Below are positions 1-10,233 of a stretch of DNA of 57,523 bases, one piece after another. The stretch covers positions 1-57,523 of IMG/VR virus record IMGVR_UViG_3300032268_001051; one strand, written 5' to 3'. The position numbers and the translations under genes were made by a program. Positions within the stretch are counted from its first letter, which is position 1. Every line of letters starts with the position of its first letter. The notes below the pieces were generated by a model, which made no database searches, was not told the DNA's origin, and worked only from the letters and a program-made list of their open reading frames with translations. Source of the DNA: a virus (lineage: Duplodnaviria; Caudoviricetes).

Positions 1-1
1 A

Positions 2-334
2 AAAATCAAATTCATAATATTGTGGAAACCCTTTCCATACATTATTTTGAATTGAAGCATCTGCACCCACATAAAACAAGTTATTCTTGAATGGAAGATA
101 TTCTGTGGTTCCAGTGATAACATTACCATATAAATAACTAATTTTGAATGTTGGTCTGAATACTGTGCACCCTTGTCTTTCATTGTCATAAACATCTGCT
201 AAGCTGACTGTTGAACTTCTATCGTATTCCGTAAGTTCCTGTTGTTTTTCTTCCAAAGAAATAGAAATTTCTTGGTCGTTAGCAGGTGCTGACTTATACT
301 GTTGAGCACTTGGTATGAGTGTAAACTTATTCAT
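2..334 (-). CDS. Partial hypothetical protein, probably virion-associated (runs off the window start)
   Basis: Not in the ORF track. ATG at 334-332 overlaps the stop of the upstream 1765 aa gene (ATGAATAA) and reads MNKFTLIPSAQQYKSAPANDQEISISLEEK... open to the window edge. Confidence 0.75.
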   Translation of the reverse strand, partial: MNKFTLIPSAQQYKSAPANDQEISISLEEKQQELTEYDRSSTVSLADVYDNERQGCTVFRPTFKISYLYGNVITGTTEYLPFKNNLFYVGADASIQNNVWKGFPQYYEFDF

Positions 335-3300
335 TTGCACCATACTTAGTTTTGAATTTATCCAATGCGGTTTCTCCTTTGATTAATCCAAAGTAAAAAT
401 GATAAGGTGCACCAACTAAAAACCTACTACTTTGTGACATAGTAAATGTATCATAATTCATGTTCTGTGGTGTGCTCGTATTCGTAACACTGAAAATATA
501 ACCTCTTTGAAAGATATCATATGATGTGTTATTTCCATAATAATAGTTCGGAGTTGCCACTCTTCTTCGACTCAACGCCTGATAAGGATATTCTGTAATA
601 TCACTTATTGTTGTCGCCCAATTGTTCCTTTCACTTCCAAATATGTTTGAAACACCACCTTGTCTTAAACTCCACTGATAGAATGGAACTTGTTGTGATT
701 TGATTCCAAACTCATATGTCACCGCAGTTTGATTTGGGTCAGGTCTGAAGTTAATTATTCCAGGTGAAATATAATCCTTATCTTGTAAGTTAAACGTTGT
801 TGACGAGAAAAATATTCCCATAGTCGGATTACCTGGTGTTCCAATAACTTTAACAGGGTCATTAGAATTTCCATTTGATGGATAAAATTCAGGTGAAAAT
901 GGTATAACACCAAACTCAGAGTTAATTGACATCATCTGAGCCAAGTCAGCATCAATTCTTTGTCTTGGTAATGTTGAAAGACCTGTTCCGTATCTGTTAA
1001 ACAATTGATTCAATGAGTTGTTACCCAAAGGTATTAGTTGTTGTAAAAACTTTTCATCAGTAATTCTACTAATAACGAAAAGGTTAACAATATCTGAAGT
1101 GTCTGAATAACTTGTTGAATTAAGATTTGACATGACATACGAAGCAGTTGAGGGTTCGAATGTTATTTCATCATAGAAAGAGTCTTTCATTCCCAAATTA
1201 ACTATTGTTGTTGGGAATAATAAATTTCTTGTATTGATTGGGCTGACATCATCAGTTGTAGGTCTTCCAATAAATGGATTTGCTGCAGATGTTGTTACAT
1301 ATGGTGAACTTCTGAAATAGAAATTGTTTGTATCAGAGTCAAAATATACTAATTTTTTTGGGAATACTGGTGGTTCTGGTTTGTTTTGGCTATTAAAGTA
1401 TCTGTCAACTTGGATAGGGAACATGAATAGTGAACCATTAACCCAATTATTTGTAAAAGACTGAGCCAACACACCTCTACATAAAGCATAAAAGAACCTA
1501 TATCTGAATCCCCACTCGGCAAATGTTTTGAAGTCTTTACCATTAAATAAATCTGTTAAAGGTTTTCTTACCATTACATAACAACCATTATCAATCGCGT
1601 CTACACCCTCACATCCTAATTCAATACCAAAGTTTGTTCCATCACCTGAATAACAAGTTAAACCAACCATTCTGTCACAATCGTTCAAAGATGCCAATAC
1701 ATTTCCTTGAGCATATTGACCTTCAATATCGGCAGTTATAGTTTCAGCCCCTTGACTGAAAACAACTCCATCAACAGAATCTCCTGTTGTAAGATTATAA
1801 ACTTGGAAACCTAAGTTTTGTTGTAATAATGAAACACTCCCATTCCAATTGAACCCATTGTCGGCGTAATCTGATGATGGAAGTCTATCTGTTCTCATAA
1901 CAGTTAAGCTTGTGGTAATACTCAAAGGGTTCGCTGAAAATATTGGTAACAACGACGGACTATAATATAATTGTTCCGTTATAGTATCATATCTTGTATA
2001 AGACGCAGCATTACAAGGTCTAAAAATAAAGAGGTCATTATTTGTGAATCCATAATTACCGTCTAAAATTGCACCTCCAGACAAGTCATCTGAGTTGTTA
2101 TATCTTGTTTCGGTAGAACCAACACCAAATCCTGGTGGATATGGTGCCGCATCTGTAAGTTGGGTAAACATATTACTCGTTTTGCTAATTACACCTCCAT
2201 TAGGTGTCACATCAATATAGTTGTTAGAATAATATGAATTCCCCAAGGCTGTTATTGAGCTGTTGTTACTATCGAGAGCTCCGTAGAATCCAACAAGTGG
2301 TGTTGTGAAGGCACTGAATGTTAATCCCGCTGTGCTAACTGGTGGATTGATTGGTTGGAAAAAGTTTGATTGGTAGAATATATTACTTTGAACATTATGT
2401 TGTTGAACTGTAGTTGTTGAACCCGCAGGAAGTTTTTGTATTGGCACATTGACTCTTGTCGAAGCGGTAATAACAACGTCGTCCTCATTCGGGTGTCCCA
2501 ATATTTTTCCAATACCATATTTGTTGACATATTGTGGTGAATAAGGGTCAACTCCTCTTTGTAATATCAAAACTTTTTGTGTTTCAAATTCATTAAGATA
2601 AGTTGCATTGAGTTTTTCATACCATATATTAGTTCTACTATTCGTAGGATTTGTTCCGAAGTAACCATTCCTACATTCGTCAAACGTTATAATTGTTGAT
2701 GGTTGAATTAACTGATTCCAAAAACTTGAGTTTGATGTCAATCCATTTGAATTAGTTGTAGCCAATCCTGGCAGAGAATAAACCGGTGAATTATTAATCA
2801 TTGTTTTGGTAACAGTAATCGCTGTTAAGACTTGATAATATTCAATATCCATCGGATAGTCATATCCTCTACACTCATCACCATAACCAGTGATAGTATA
2901 AATTGCAGTTCCACCTAATGAACTTAAATCAATACAATCAACATCACTGATTGTGTAAGCACTTACAGAACTTGCCAGTATGATTCTATCACCATAACAA
3001 TTAAGATATGATACAGTTCCAGCCTCAGTCACATTAACAGTAACACTTGTTACACATGTTGGAGTAAATCCAGTTGGTAAAGTATAGTTAGTTGATGCGT
3101 CGCTAGTCTGTGAGGTAGCATAATTTACAGTAATTGGTATAAAACCTGTTGGGACTTTTCCAGTCAGTCCAGATATTAATTTACCTCCTTTAGTTGTTCC
3201 TGTCCATCTATAGTTGGGGTCTTGCGAAAGCGCTGGGTTAACAAAAGTTATTAAATCTCCTGGTGTGTAATCTCCTGAGGTAAGAACTGTCAAGGTATTA

Positions 3301-5624
3301 TCATAGTGAAACCCTTGATTGTTGTCAGTTGCAAATGTTACTTTAATTTTGTTGGTATTATCAAAAAATTTAGACCTCAAATTATAAATGTTAATTCTTT
3401 CACCGATTGGCAAATCAAATGTAAGTCCAAACATATTTTTAACACTATCGCCAGCAGGTCTTCCAAATTTTTGTGAACGAGTTGTATGATATATTTTAGG
3501 ATTTTTAGAACTTCCAGGCACACCTGATAAAGGTTGTGCAAAAGTTGATGCAATAGTATTCAAAACACTATCATAGTTCTCATCTGTAACAGATACAGTA
3601 TTTGTAACTATCGGTTTAGTTGCAAGATAGGCTTCTAATGTAGGAACATATGATTCACTACCTGATACTTGTGTAACTTGAGAAGGTATTGGAGGAACGT
3701 CTTCAGTATTTGTTGTGACAGGTGTAATATTTCCATTACTACATTCACAAGCCTGACAATCAGGATACTGAATCATTGCCAACTTTATGGGGTCAAAGTT
3801 GTATGATGTGAGTTTACCAAAATTTTTAATCAATGCTCTTGTAAGAAATCCATAAAAACCTAATCTTAAAAGGATAACTCCAGCAGTTATAGCCATATTC
3901 CATGTCAAAGGATTCGCCGCTGCGTAAATCGCAAAATTATATGCTTCTATAAGCGTTTGAACAACAGCTTTAGCCGCAAACCCGATTAGTATACCAATCA
4001 CAACCACCGCAAACTTATTATATAACCATGCAACGAAATGATACAAAATCAATAAAGGAAGCCCAATTATCTGAATAACTTGGAATATTATTGCAAATAA
4101 GAAGTAAATGAAATCAAAGTTTCTAAACCCTTCATTGACAGGGAATTTGTTGACTGAGTCCGCACACTCGTTACTATCAATTTCTTTAATTCCAATAAAC
4201 TTACCTCTACCCCCACTTTTATATTGGTCAATTAAACCTGATACCGTATAAACTCTATTGAAATCAAACTGATAGAAAGTATCTTGACAATCAATCATCT
4301 CATTCAACTTTTTTATTCTTTGAGTTGAATTGAACCCTTTGGTGTAACCCGACCAATCTAATCCAAAATAATAGGAACTTCCTAGTTGATTATTTCCTCC
4401 TGTAAGGTTAGGGTCTGAGTTTGAATTAACCCAACCATATTCTCTTATATTTGGAACCAAATAATAAGGTCTTCTTGTTTGTTCAGATAACTGATTAGAT
4501 TGCTGCCATTTTATTTTAAACCTATATTTCGCCTTTGTTGGAATACCGATTGTAGGGTCATTAGACAAAACCCTTTCTCCAAATTCATTTGTAACAATAT
4601 AATCCAAGTTCATTGGAAGTTCTGCCAACCATGAGCCGTTACCATCGATTACATTTCCGTTTTGTTCTAACTTAAATTCCTCTAAAATTGGGTTACCATT
4701 GGAGTCTATTTGTATGGTTTGTCTTATAGCTAAAATTTGACCAGGTCCGGCTTGTAGTTGACATAGATTCCCAAAATTATCTCTAACTTTTCCACCCAAT
4801 CCATCTCTACCCCCTTTTATTCTAAAAGTATCTGGTGTGGAATAAATTGAACCCATGAAAACTGAGGTCGGTTGAATATCTACGTTTGCGTCATCTCTTA
4901 AATCAAAATCTAATCTGTTGATGGCTATTTGACAAATTGCAGGTTCTCCCCAAAGAGGTGATATTTCAATTTGTTTATTAATTGAAATAATCTGTGGTAG
5001 GGAATTCAAGTCTGTCGATATCTTGAAAGTATCACCAGCAACTTGAGCTTCCGTGGCTAAACCGATTCTAATTAAATCTTGTGGTGTCAAAGAAAACTCT
5101 CCGATATCTGATAGGTCTACATCCATTAAGATATTTTGAATACCTAATGGAACCCCCATAATCATATAATCTCCACTCTCATTTGTCTTTGCAGTAAATT
5201 TGTAGTATTTGTCGTAGATGTCTACAACAGTTGTCGCAGTCAAAGCATCTATTCTTGAAGGTAATGTCCCTGTTGCTGCGTGTTTGGAATATGATTTCTC
5301 ATATGGAAGAAGATTGTATCTATAACCATCTTCATTTCTATCATTAACTGACTTATAAGGATAAATTGAAGTAATGATTGGATTGGATTGGTCTACAACC
5401 TCAATTGGAATAAAGACCGCAACCCTTGCATTAGGAACACCTAACCCATTATTAGCTGTAACTCTTCCAACAAGAACACCATAATCAGAGCAAGCTCTGA
5501 CATAAATGTCCTCCTGTTGTAACTTGAGAGACAAAATCTCGAGAAATTCGAACTCTTGGTCTATTTGAACGTTTATCGTCTTGTTAACACCGAGTTCGGT
5601 CCTAATCCTATACGATTGACCCAT
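327..5624 (-). CDS. Large (1765 aa) putative virion/baseplate-associated protein with an N-terminal carboxypeptidase-regulatory-like beta domain and a central hydrophobic segment
   Basis: Long ORF directly downstream of the gp25/gp6-like wedge genes. GVLVGRVTANNGLGVPNARVAVF...TNESGDYMIMGVPLG resembles a carboxypeptidase-regulatory/transthyretin-like fold. A long hydrophobic stretch lies at about aa 500-600. Confidence 0.55.
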   Translation of the reverse strand: MGQSYRIRTELGVNKTINVQIDQEFEFLEILSLKLQQEDIYVRACSDYGVLVGRVTANNGLGVPNARVAVFIPIEVVDQSNPIITSIYPYKSVNDRNEDGYRYNLLPYEKSYSKHAATGTLPSRIDALTATTVVDIYDKYYKFTAKTNESGDYMIMGVPLGIQNILMDVDLSDIGEFSLTPQDLIRIGLATEAQVAGDTFKISTDLNSLPQIISINKQIEISPLWGEPAICQIAINRLDFDLRDDANVDIQPTSVFMGSIYSTPDTFRIKGGRDGLGGKVRDNFGNLCQLQAGPGQILAIRQTIQIDSNGNPILEEFKLEQNGNVIDGNGSWLAELPMNLDYIVTNEFGERVLSNDPTIGIPTKAKYRFKIKWQQSNQLSEQTRRPYYLVPNIREYGWVNSNSDPNLTGGNNQLGSSYYFGLDWSGYTKGFNSTQRIKKLNEMIDCQDTFYQFDFNRVYTVSGLIDQYKSGGRGKFIGIKEIDSNECADSVNKFPVNEGFRNFDFIYFLFAIIFQVIQIIGLPLLILYHFVAWLYNKFAVVVIGILIGFAAKAVVQTLIEAYNFAIYAAANPLTWNMAITAGVILLRLGFYGFLTRALIKNFGKLTSYNFDPIKLAMIQYPDCQACECSNGNITPVTTNTEDVPPIPSQVTQVSGSESYVPTLEAYLATKPIVTNTVSVTDENYDSVLNTIASTFAQPLSGVPGSSKNPKIYHTTRSQKFGRPAGDSVKNMFGLTFDLPIGERINIYNLRSKFFDNTNKIKVTFATDNNQGFHYDNTLTVLTSGDYTPGDLITFVNPALSQDPNYRWTGTTKGGKLISGLTGKVPTGFIPITVNYATSQTSDASTNYTLPTGFTPTCVTSVTVNVTEAGTVSYLNCYGDRIILASSVSAYTISDVDCIDLSSLGGTAIYTITGYGDECRGYDYPMDIEYYQVLTAITVTKTMINNSPVYSLPGLATTNSNGLTSNSSFWNQLIQPSTIITFDECRNGYFGTNPTNSRTNIWYEKLNATYLNEFETQKVLILQRGVDPYSPQYVNKYGIGKILGHPNEDDVVITASTRVNVPIQKLPAGSTTTVQQHNVQSNIFYQSNFFQPINPPVSTAGLTFSAFTTPLVGFYGALDSNNSSITALGNSYYSNNYIDVTPNGGVISKTSNMFTQLTDAAPYPPGFGVGSTETRYNNSDDLSGGAILDGNYGFTNNDLFIFRPCNAASYTRYDTITEQLYYSPSLLPIFSANPLSITTSLTVMRTDRLPSSDYADNGFNWNGSVSLLQQNLGFQVYNLTTGDSVDGVVFSQGAETITADIEGQYAQGNVLASLNDCDRMVGLTCYSGDGTNFGIELGCEGVDAIDNGCYVMVRKPLTDLFNGKDFKTFAEWGFRYRFFYALCRGVLAQSFTNNWVNGSLFMFPIQVDRYFNSQNKPEPPVFPKKLVYFDSDTNNFYFRSSPYVTTSAANPFIGRPTTDDVSPINTRNLLFPTTIVNLGMKDSFYDEITFEPSTASYVMSNLNSTSYSDTSDIVNLFVISRITDEKFLQQLIPLGNNSLNQLFNRYGTGLSTLPRQRIDADLAQMMSINSEFGVIPFSPEFYPSNGNSNDPVKVIGTPGNPTMGIFFSSTTFNLQDKDYISPGIINFRPDPNQTAVTYEFGIKSQQVPFYQWSLRQGGVSNIFGSERNNWATTISDITEYPYQALSRRRVATPNYYYGNNTSYDIFQRGYIFSVTNTSTPQNMNYDTFTMSQSSRFLVGAPYHFYFGLIKGETALDKFKTKYGANE

Positions 5625-5711
5625 TGAGATGTTTAGTTATAAATAGTTAATGTGAATTTTTTTGGGAACACACATTCAAATTATAACTCAATAATGAAAT
5701 AAATAAACTTG

Positions 5712-7550
5712 TTAAGAGAATGTAACTGTTTGGAAATTCTTAACCGATACTCTAATGTCTTTATTTGGGTATCTGATTTGATATACCTGATTTGGTTGGG
5801 CGAAAATAGTGTCGTCAACTGGTCCGATAGCCTTTGTTTCAGCATTTGAATATTCCATAGATGTTTCAGCAGATGAGTATTGTCCTCCAACCTCATTGAA
5901 TACATCAACACTTGTAACTGTCAATACTCCATTAGAATCTTGTATGATACTCTTAAGTTCCGATAGATACACATTCTGACCAAGTTGTCTTATTTGTGGA
6001 TTGAAATAAGATGAAACTTTATCAATTACATCAGATATAACCTGACCTGAATTCTGAGCAGAATCTAAAACAATAGAGACATCAACACTCAAATCTATAA
6101 CTTCAGCACTTAATATTGAAATATAATCGTTCATCATTCTATAGTTAGAAAGATAATTTGCAATATTTTGTCTCAAAGTGTTAGAAACAATACTTGTAAG
6201 TTTTCCTGAAGTATCATAAGATAATATTTGAATCAAAATTTTATTATCATTTTCTGTGATTGATACTTTTGCAGGTGCTCCATATTGTGAAGGCATATTT
6301 CTCAAGATTGATTCATAATCTTGAACAGTAACGGCTCTTTTTTGTGCTGCAAAGTTGAATGATACATAATTTCTTATCTCTTCAAGTGAAGGAACACCAG
6401 CCCCACCAATTGCAGCAGTAACGTTGTTACATCTTAATGAATTAACAACAGCTGAGTTGGTTGACTCCGAAGGACCATTAACAAAGAAGTTTACGGTTCC
6501 TACCTGATTGATAATATTAGTTCCTAAGTTTGTTGCCAAACCACCACCAACTCTATACTGAACAAATAGTGTTGAGTTCGGTATCAATGCAGAACCTAAA
6601 GATAAATTGTTTGAATATTTTTGAAGGTCTAATGTTGCACCAACTGTAGTGAATTGGTCTAAGGCATCTTGAGCGGTATTTGTTCCACCACCAAAAGTCA
6701 TTTTTTTGAATCCTTCAGGTGTAAATTCTGTGATGAATCTGTTTTGTGTCTGAATATATCTACCAACTTTAATACCAGGTTGGTCAGAAACTTTAGTTGG
6801 GTCTTCGATGAATACTCTGTCTTCTGCTAAAGCATCAACTTCATACCATCTGTTTTCTATTCCAATAAATTCAGCTGTAGTTGGAATGTTAGTATATTGT
6901 GTTCCGTTCTTTAGAAGAACACTTGTTATACCCAAAACATTTTTCTCAGGTAAAAACAATTCAAAGAATGGCTTAACATCGTTAGGTGTAATAACTCTCT
7001 TGAATACTTTGGTAATACCGTTAACAACAACTTCTCTTTTAGTTATTGTATAATTTACAAGAACCCCGTTAGCATTGAAGTTAGGTATTTTTAATCTGTT
7101 AGGAAACCCTTCTGAGTTATATGGTGATGTAAAATCAATGTCGTTAACGTTTTCAAAAACAATACCCGCACCAACAACTTGTGAACCTCTTAACAAAGTT
7201 CCCAAATATCTTTCATCTTCTTTATCACCGAAAGCCGGAACTGTTATTGAAAAATCTACTAAAGCAACTGATGGTCTTTGACCTGGTATCTTTAAACCAT
7301 ATGTTCTGGCAATGTTATAAATTGAAGACTTTTGTTGTGCATATTGAAGAACAGTTTCCTGTATACTTCTATCAATTTGATAATTTAGGTTATCTGAAAT
7401 AGCGGCATTTAAGTCTAAGAATACTGAGAATACAGATGCATCGTTAAAATCTTGAATTAATTCAGGATAATACGTTCTAACATAATTGATAAGTTCAGCT
7501 CTTACACCTTGATAATCTCTTGTAGTATATGATATTTTACGATTTGCCAT
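5712..7550 (-). CDS. Baseplate wedge subunit (T4 gp6-like / baseplate J family)
   Basis: N-terminal YTTRDYQGVRAELINY, plus AQQKSSIYNIARTYG, TFGGG, YRVGGG and AAQKRAVTVQDY motifs typical of gp6-like proteins. Follows a gp25-like gene. Confidence 0.88.
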   Translation of the reverse strand: MANRKISYTTRDYQGVRAELINYVRTYYPELIQDFNDASVFSVFLDLNAAISDNLNYQIDRSIQETVLQYAQQKSSIYNIARTYGLKIPGQRPSVALVDFSITVPAFGDKEDERYLGTLLRGSQVVGAGIVFENVNDIDFTSPYNSEGFPNRLKIPNFNANGVLVNYTITKREVVVNGITKVFKRVITPNDVKPFFELFLPEKNVLGITSVLLKNGTQYTNIPTTAEFIGIENRWYEVDALAEDRVFIEDPTKVSDQPGIKVGRYIQTQNRFITEFTPEGFKKMTFGGGTNTAQDALDQFTTVGATLDLQKYSNNLSLGSALIPNSTLFVQYRVGGGLATNLGTNIINQVGTVNFFVNGPSESTNSAVVNSLRCNNVTAAIGGAGVPSLEEIRNYVSFNFAAQKRAVTVQDYESILRNMPSQYGAPAKVSITENDNKILIQILSYDTSGKLTSIVSNTLRQNIANYLSNYRMMNDYISILSAEVIDLSVDVSIVLDSAQNSGQVISDVIDKVSSYFNPQIRQLGQNVYLSELKSIIQDSNGVLTVTSVDVFNEVGGQYSSAETSMEYSNAETKAIGPVDDTIFAQPNQVYQIRYPNKDIRVSVKNFQTVTFS

Positions 7551-7555
7551 CTATC

Positions 7556-8029
7556 TTAAATATTGATAATTATAAAATCACTCTCACTAAATGTTTGTGA
7601 GTTTGTTGCGTAATCTATTTTAATTTTTGCAGTGTAGTCTGCAGTCCCTTTACCAGGTAATCTGTATATGTCATACATTTTAGCATCACCAACACTTGTT
7701 GTATTTGCTTGAGTGTCTGTTTCATTTGCAACATCCGCAGGTTCGATAGTTATTTTATTAACTAACAAGTTTGGCATATATCTTTGAATTGAATCTCTGA
7801 TGTCCGCTTCAATCGCACTGAATGTTAACCCATCAAAAGGTTCAAAGACATATTCGTAAAGTCTTGTCCCAAAATCAGGAAGATAATATCTTGAACCTTT
7901 TCTTGTCAATAATAGATGAATTAAATCCGCTCTAACCTCTTGTCTTTGAAACTCGGTTAGTTGTAAATAATCACCTCGTGTTGAATCCTGAAATGGGAAA
8001 TTTATACCATATGTAGTTCCATCTGCCAT
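7556..8029 (-). CDS. Baseplate wedge / sheath initiator protein (T4 gp25 / GPW family)
   Basis: GINFPF...LIHLLLTRKGSRYYLPDFGTRLYEYVFEP is the gp25 family signature. Confidence 0.9.
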   Translation of the reverse strand: MADGTTYGINFPFQDSTRGDYLQLTEFQRQEVRADLIHLLLTRKGSRYYLPDFGTRLYEYVFEPFDGLTFSAIEADIRDSIQRYMPNLLVNKITIEPADVANETDTQANTTSVGDAKMYDIYRLPGKGTADYTAKIKIDYATNSQTFSESDFIIINI

Positions 8030-8049
8030 ATGTGATAAATATACTTGGA

Positions 8050-8238
8050 TTATTTTTTTCTTAAATAGATATTACCCTTTTGAGCCTTTGGTTCAAAAGG
8101 ACAATGCCTGCACCCATTCCCACAACAATATCCTCTCTCTATATGATATTCTTCAGTGAATACAGTTCTACCATTTTCTTCATAAAAATGAGAAGGGAGA
8201 AGTTTTGGCTTCTCCCTTTTTATATTTTGTGATTCCAT
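8050..8238 (-). CDS. Small Cys-rich protein (DUF5522-like)
   Basis: FYEENGRTVFTEEYHIERGYCCGNGCRHCPF matches the DUF5522-type motif. Starts 1 nt after the RNR stop. Confidence 0.75.
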   Translation of the reverse strand: MESQNIKREKPKLLPSHFYEENGRTVFTEEYHIERGYCCGNGCRHCPFEPKAQKGNIYLRKK

Positions 8239-8239
8239 T

Positions 8240-10102
8240 TTATACTAATGTAATTTCACAAGCTCCACCAGCACAAGCAACTTCACCACTTAAATCTGTA
8301 TCATCATCCATCTCAAGAATTTTTGATAAATCAACATCATTTAACGTTTTCATCAATTTTTCATACTCTTCTTTATCACAATCAGAAAAAGGAGCTTGGA
8401 TGTAACTTCCCCCATCGTAAGGTAATACTGAAAGACCATTATAGTATTCTTTATTTTCCCACATCCACTCACCAACAGCTGGCCACTCATGTTCTCTAAT
8501 AGAGATAGTTGCAGATACGTTGTGAGCGTTATTTCCATTTCTATGTCCTGGTTTAATCCATTCTTGTTGAACTTTCTTCACTCTTTCTAATAATTGAATT
8601 GGTGATTCGTTTCTTAAGATTGACCCCTCAGGCGCTTTTTGTGGAATTCCAATAACCGCTGTGTCGTGTGGTCTAAAATATTCATCTTCAACTAATTCAG
8701 GGTGATTAGTCTTCAAGTGTGAATAAATTGCTTCGTTCTTTCCAACTCTAACTCTTCTGATATAATAATCATTATGCCAAGCGTGGATACCTGAAGATGT
8801 GCCCAATGTTAAAGAGGTTGTTCCCGCAGGTTTAACAGTTGTTGTTCTTGCTGCTGGGTTAATGTCTAATAATTCCGCAACTCTTTTGTTTTCTTCTTTA
8901 ACCACTTTAGCTGCTGATTTCATATTCAAACCTAAAACAGCTCCTGAACCGATACCTGTCATTGAAATTCCAATTAACGCATCTTTTTCAGTTGTTCTTT
9001 GCCAAATTGGTCTTAGGTAGTGAAAATTTGTATATCCTGCTTGTAATGTTCCGATAAAAGACGCTGCTCTAACTCTATCTTCATAATCTTCTTGAGATAC
9101 AACGTTAGATACGTTAACCTCTGTAAGGTTACAGAATTGGAATGGTCTCAAAGCAATTTCACAACAAGGGTTAGTTCCCCAATCTTTATCGTTACTTAAG
9201 TAGATACCAGGTTCACCTGCTCCACTAGCTTCAATTCTTTTCCAAAGGTCCATAAAGTAGTCCTTAGTGATTTTGTGTCTCATCAAAACAGCAGAGTTAT
9301 TAGCTCTACCTCTTTGTGGATTTGTTTCCCACCAAGCCCCACTCTTACAACCAATCATTTCTTCATCAGTTGCTGAGAATAACGAAATAAGAGCCGCTCT
9401 TCTGATACCACCAGCCAATACCGCATCTGCGATGTGACAAACGATATCATGAACTTCAATTGGTTTTAGTTTTTGACCATCCTCTTTTGAATCGAGTATA
9501 CCTTCTAACTTAATAAGACATTCTTTAAGTGGTTGTGCACCGGGTGCTTTACCTCCTGATGTAACAAGTCTCGCACCCTTTGGTCTGATGTCTGAAAAAT
9601 CAAACTCAATTTTTGAACCTCCGAAGAAATATGACTTAACTAACACTTTAACAGCGTCTGCCCATCCTTCGATAGAATCAGCAACTAACCATCTTCTTCC
9701 TCTTTCTTTATTTGGTTTTCTGATTTCAGGTAGAACATCAACGTGATGTTTTTGAACTGAATAACCCACACCTGTTCCACCTAAAAGTAAGAACATGATT
9801 TCAGAGAATACTCTCCAATCATCAATCGGTGCGAAGGCACAATTATAAATTCTGTTAGGTGAAATTTCTATTGGTTTACCCGCGAATTGCATTGACCTCA
9901 TTGAAGGTAATACTTGCTTTTTGTAAACATACACATAGGTCTCACGAATTTCTTTTTCCATGTGTGGAAACTGCTTAATGTGCATCTCCATGTTTCTTGT
10001 GACAAGCTCCTGCCACGTTTCTCTTCTCTTTAGTTCTGGGATATACTTAGCGTATTTCATATACACTGTAATCTCCGATAAAATCCTGTTTGAAATGTCC
10101 AT
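8240..10102 (-). CDS. nrdJ: Ribonucleotide reductase, probably class II (adenosylcobalamin-dependent, monomeric RTPR type)
   Basis: RRETW, NCAF, LLGGTGVG, GGIRRAA, TNPCCEI (thiyl-radical Cys), CNLTEVN, TVKPAGT and a C-terminal CAGGAC redox pair. No beta-subunit gene is adjacent. Confidence 0.8.
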   Translation of the reverse strand: MDISNRILSEITVYMKYAKYIPELKRRETWQELVTRNMEMHIKQFPHMEKEIRETYVYVYKKQVLPSMRSMQFAGKPIEISPNRIYNCAFAPIDDWRVFSEIMFLLLGGTGVGYSVQKHHVDVLPEIRKPNKERGRRWLVADSIEGWADAVKVLVKSYFFGGSKIEFDFSDIRPKGARLVTSGGKAPGAQPLKECLIKLEGILDSKEDGQKLKPIEVHDIVCHIADAVLAGGIRRAALISLFSATDEEMIGCKSGAWWETNPQRGRANNSAVLMRHKITKDYFMDLWKRIEASGAGEPGIYLSNDKDWGTNPCCEIALRPFQFCNLTEVNVSNVVSQEDYEDRVRAASFIGTLQAGYTNFHYLRPIWQRTTEKDALIGISMTGIGSGAVLGLNMKSAAKVVKEENKRVAELLDINPAARTTTVKPAGTTSLTLGTSSGIHAWHNDYYIRRVRVGKNEAIYSHLKTNHPELVEDEYFRPHDTAVIGIPQKAPEGSILRNESPIQLLERVKKVQQEWIKPGHRNGNNAHNVSATISIREHEWPAVGEWMWENKEYYNGLSVLPYDGGSYIQAPFSDCDKEEYEKLMKTLNDVDLSKILEMDDDTDLSGEVACAGGACEITLV

Positions 10103-10233
10103 TGTTTAAATTTTAAATGTAGTTTTTTTATCAAAAAATCGTTGATTTTAATGATAAATATGTGGTCGGCATATAACTGACCATTAATTTAGATAAAAAA
10201 AATAAGTTTTTTTTAAAAAAAGTAGATATTTAA

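Noticed and set aside
10103-10233. Cobalamin riboswitch or structured RNA upstream of nrdJ
   Set aside because: The region is short and very AT-rich, with only weak imperfect stems (AAAATC/GATTTT, TGGTC/GACCA) and no B12-box.
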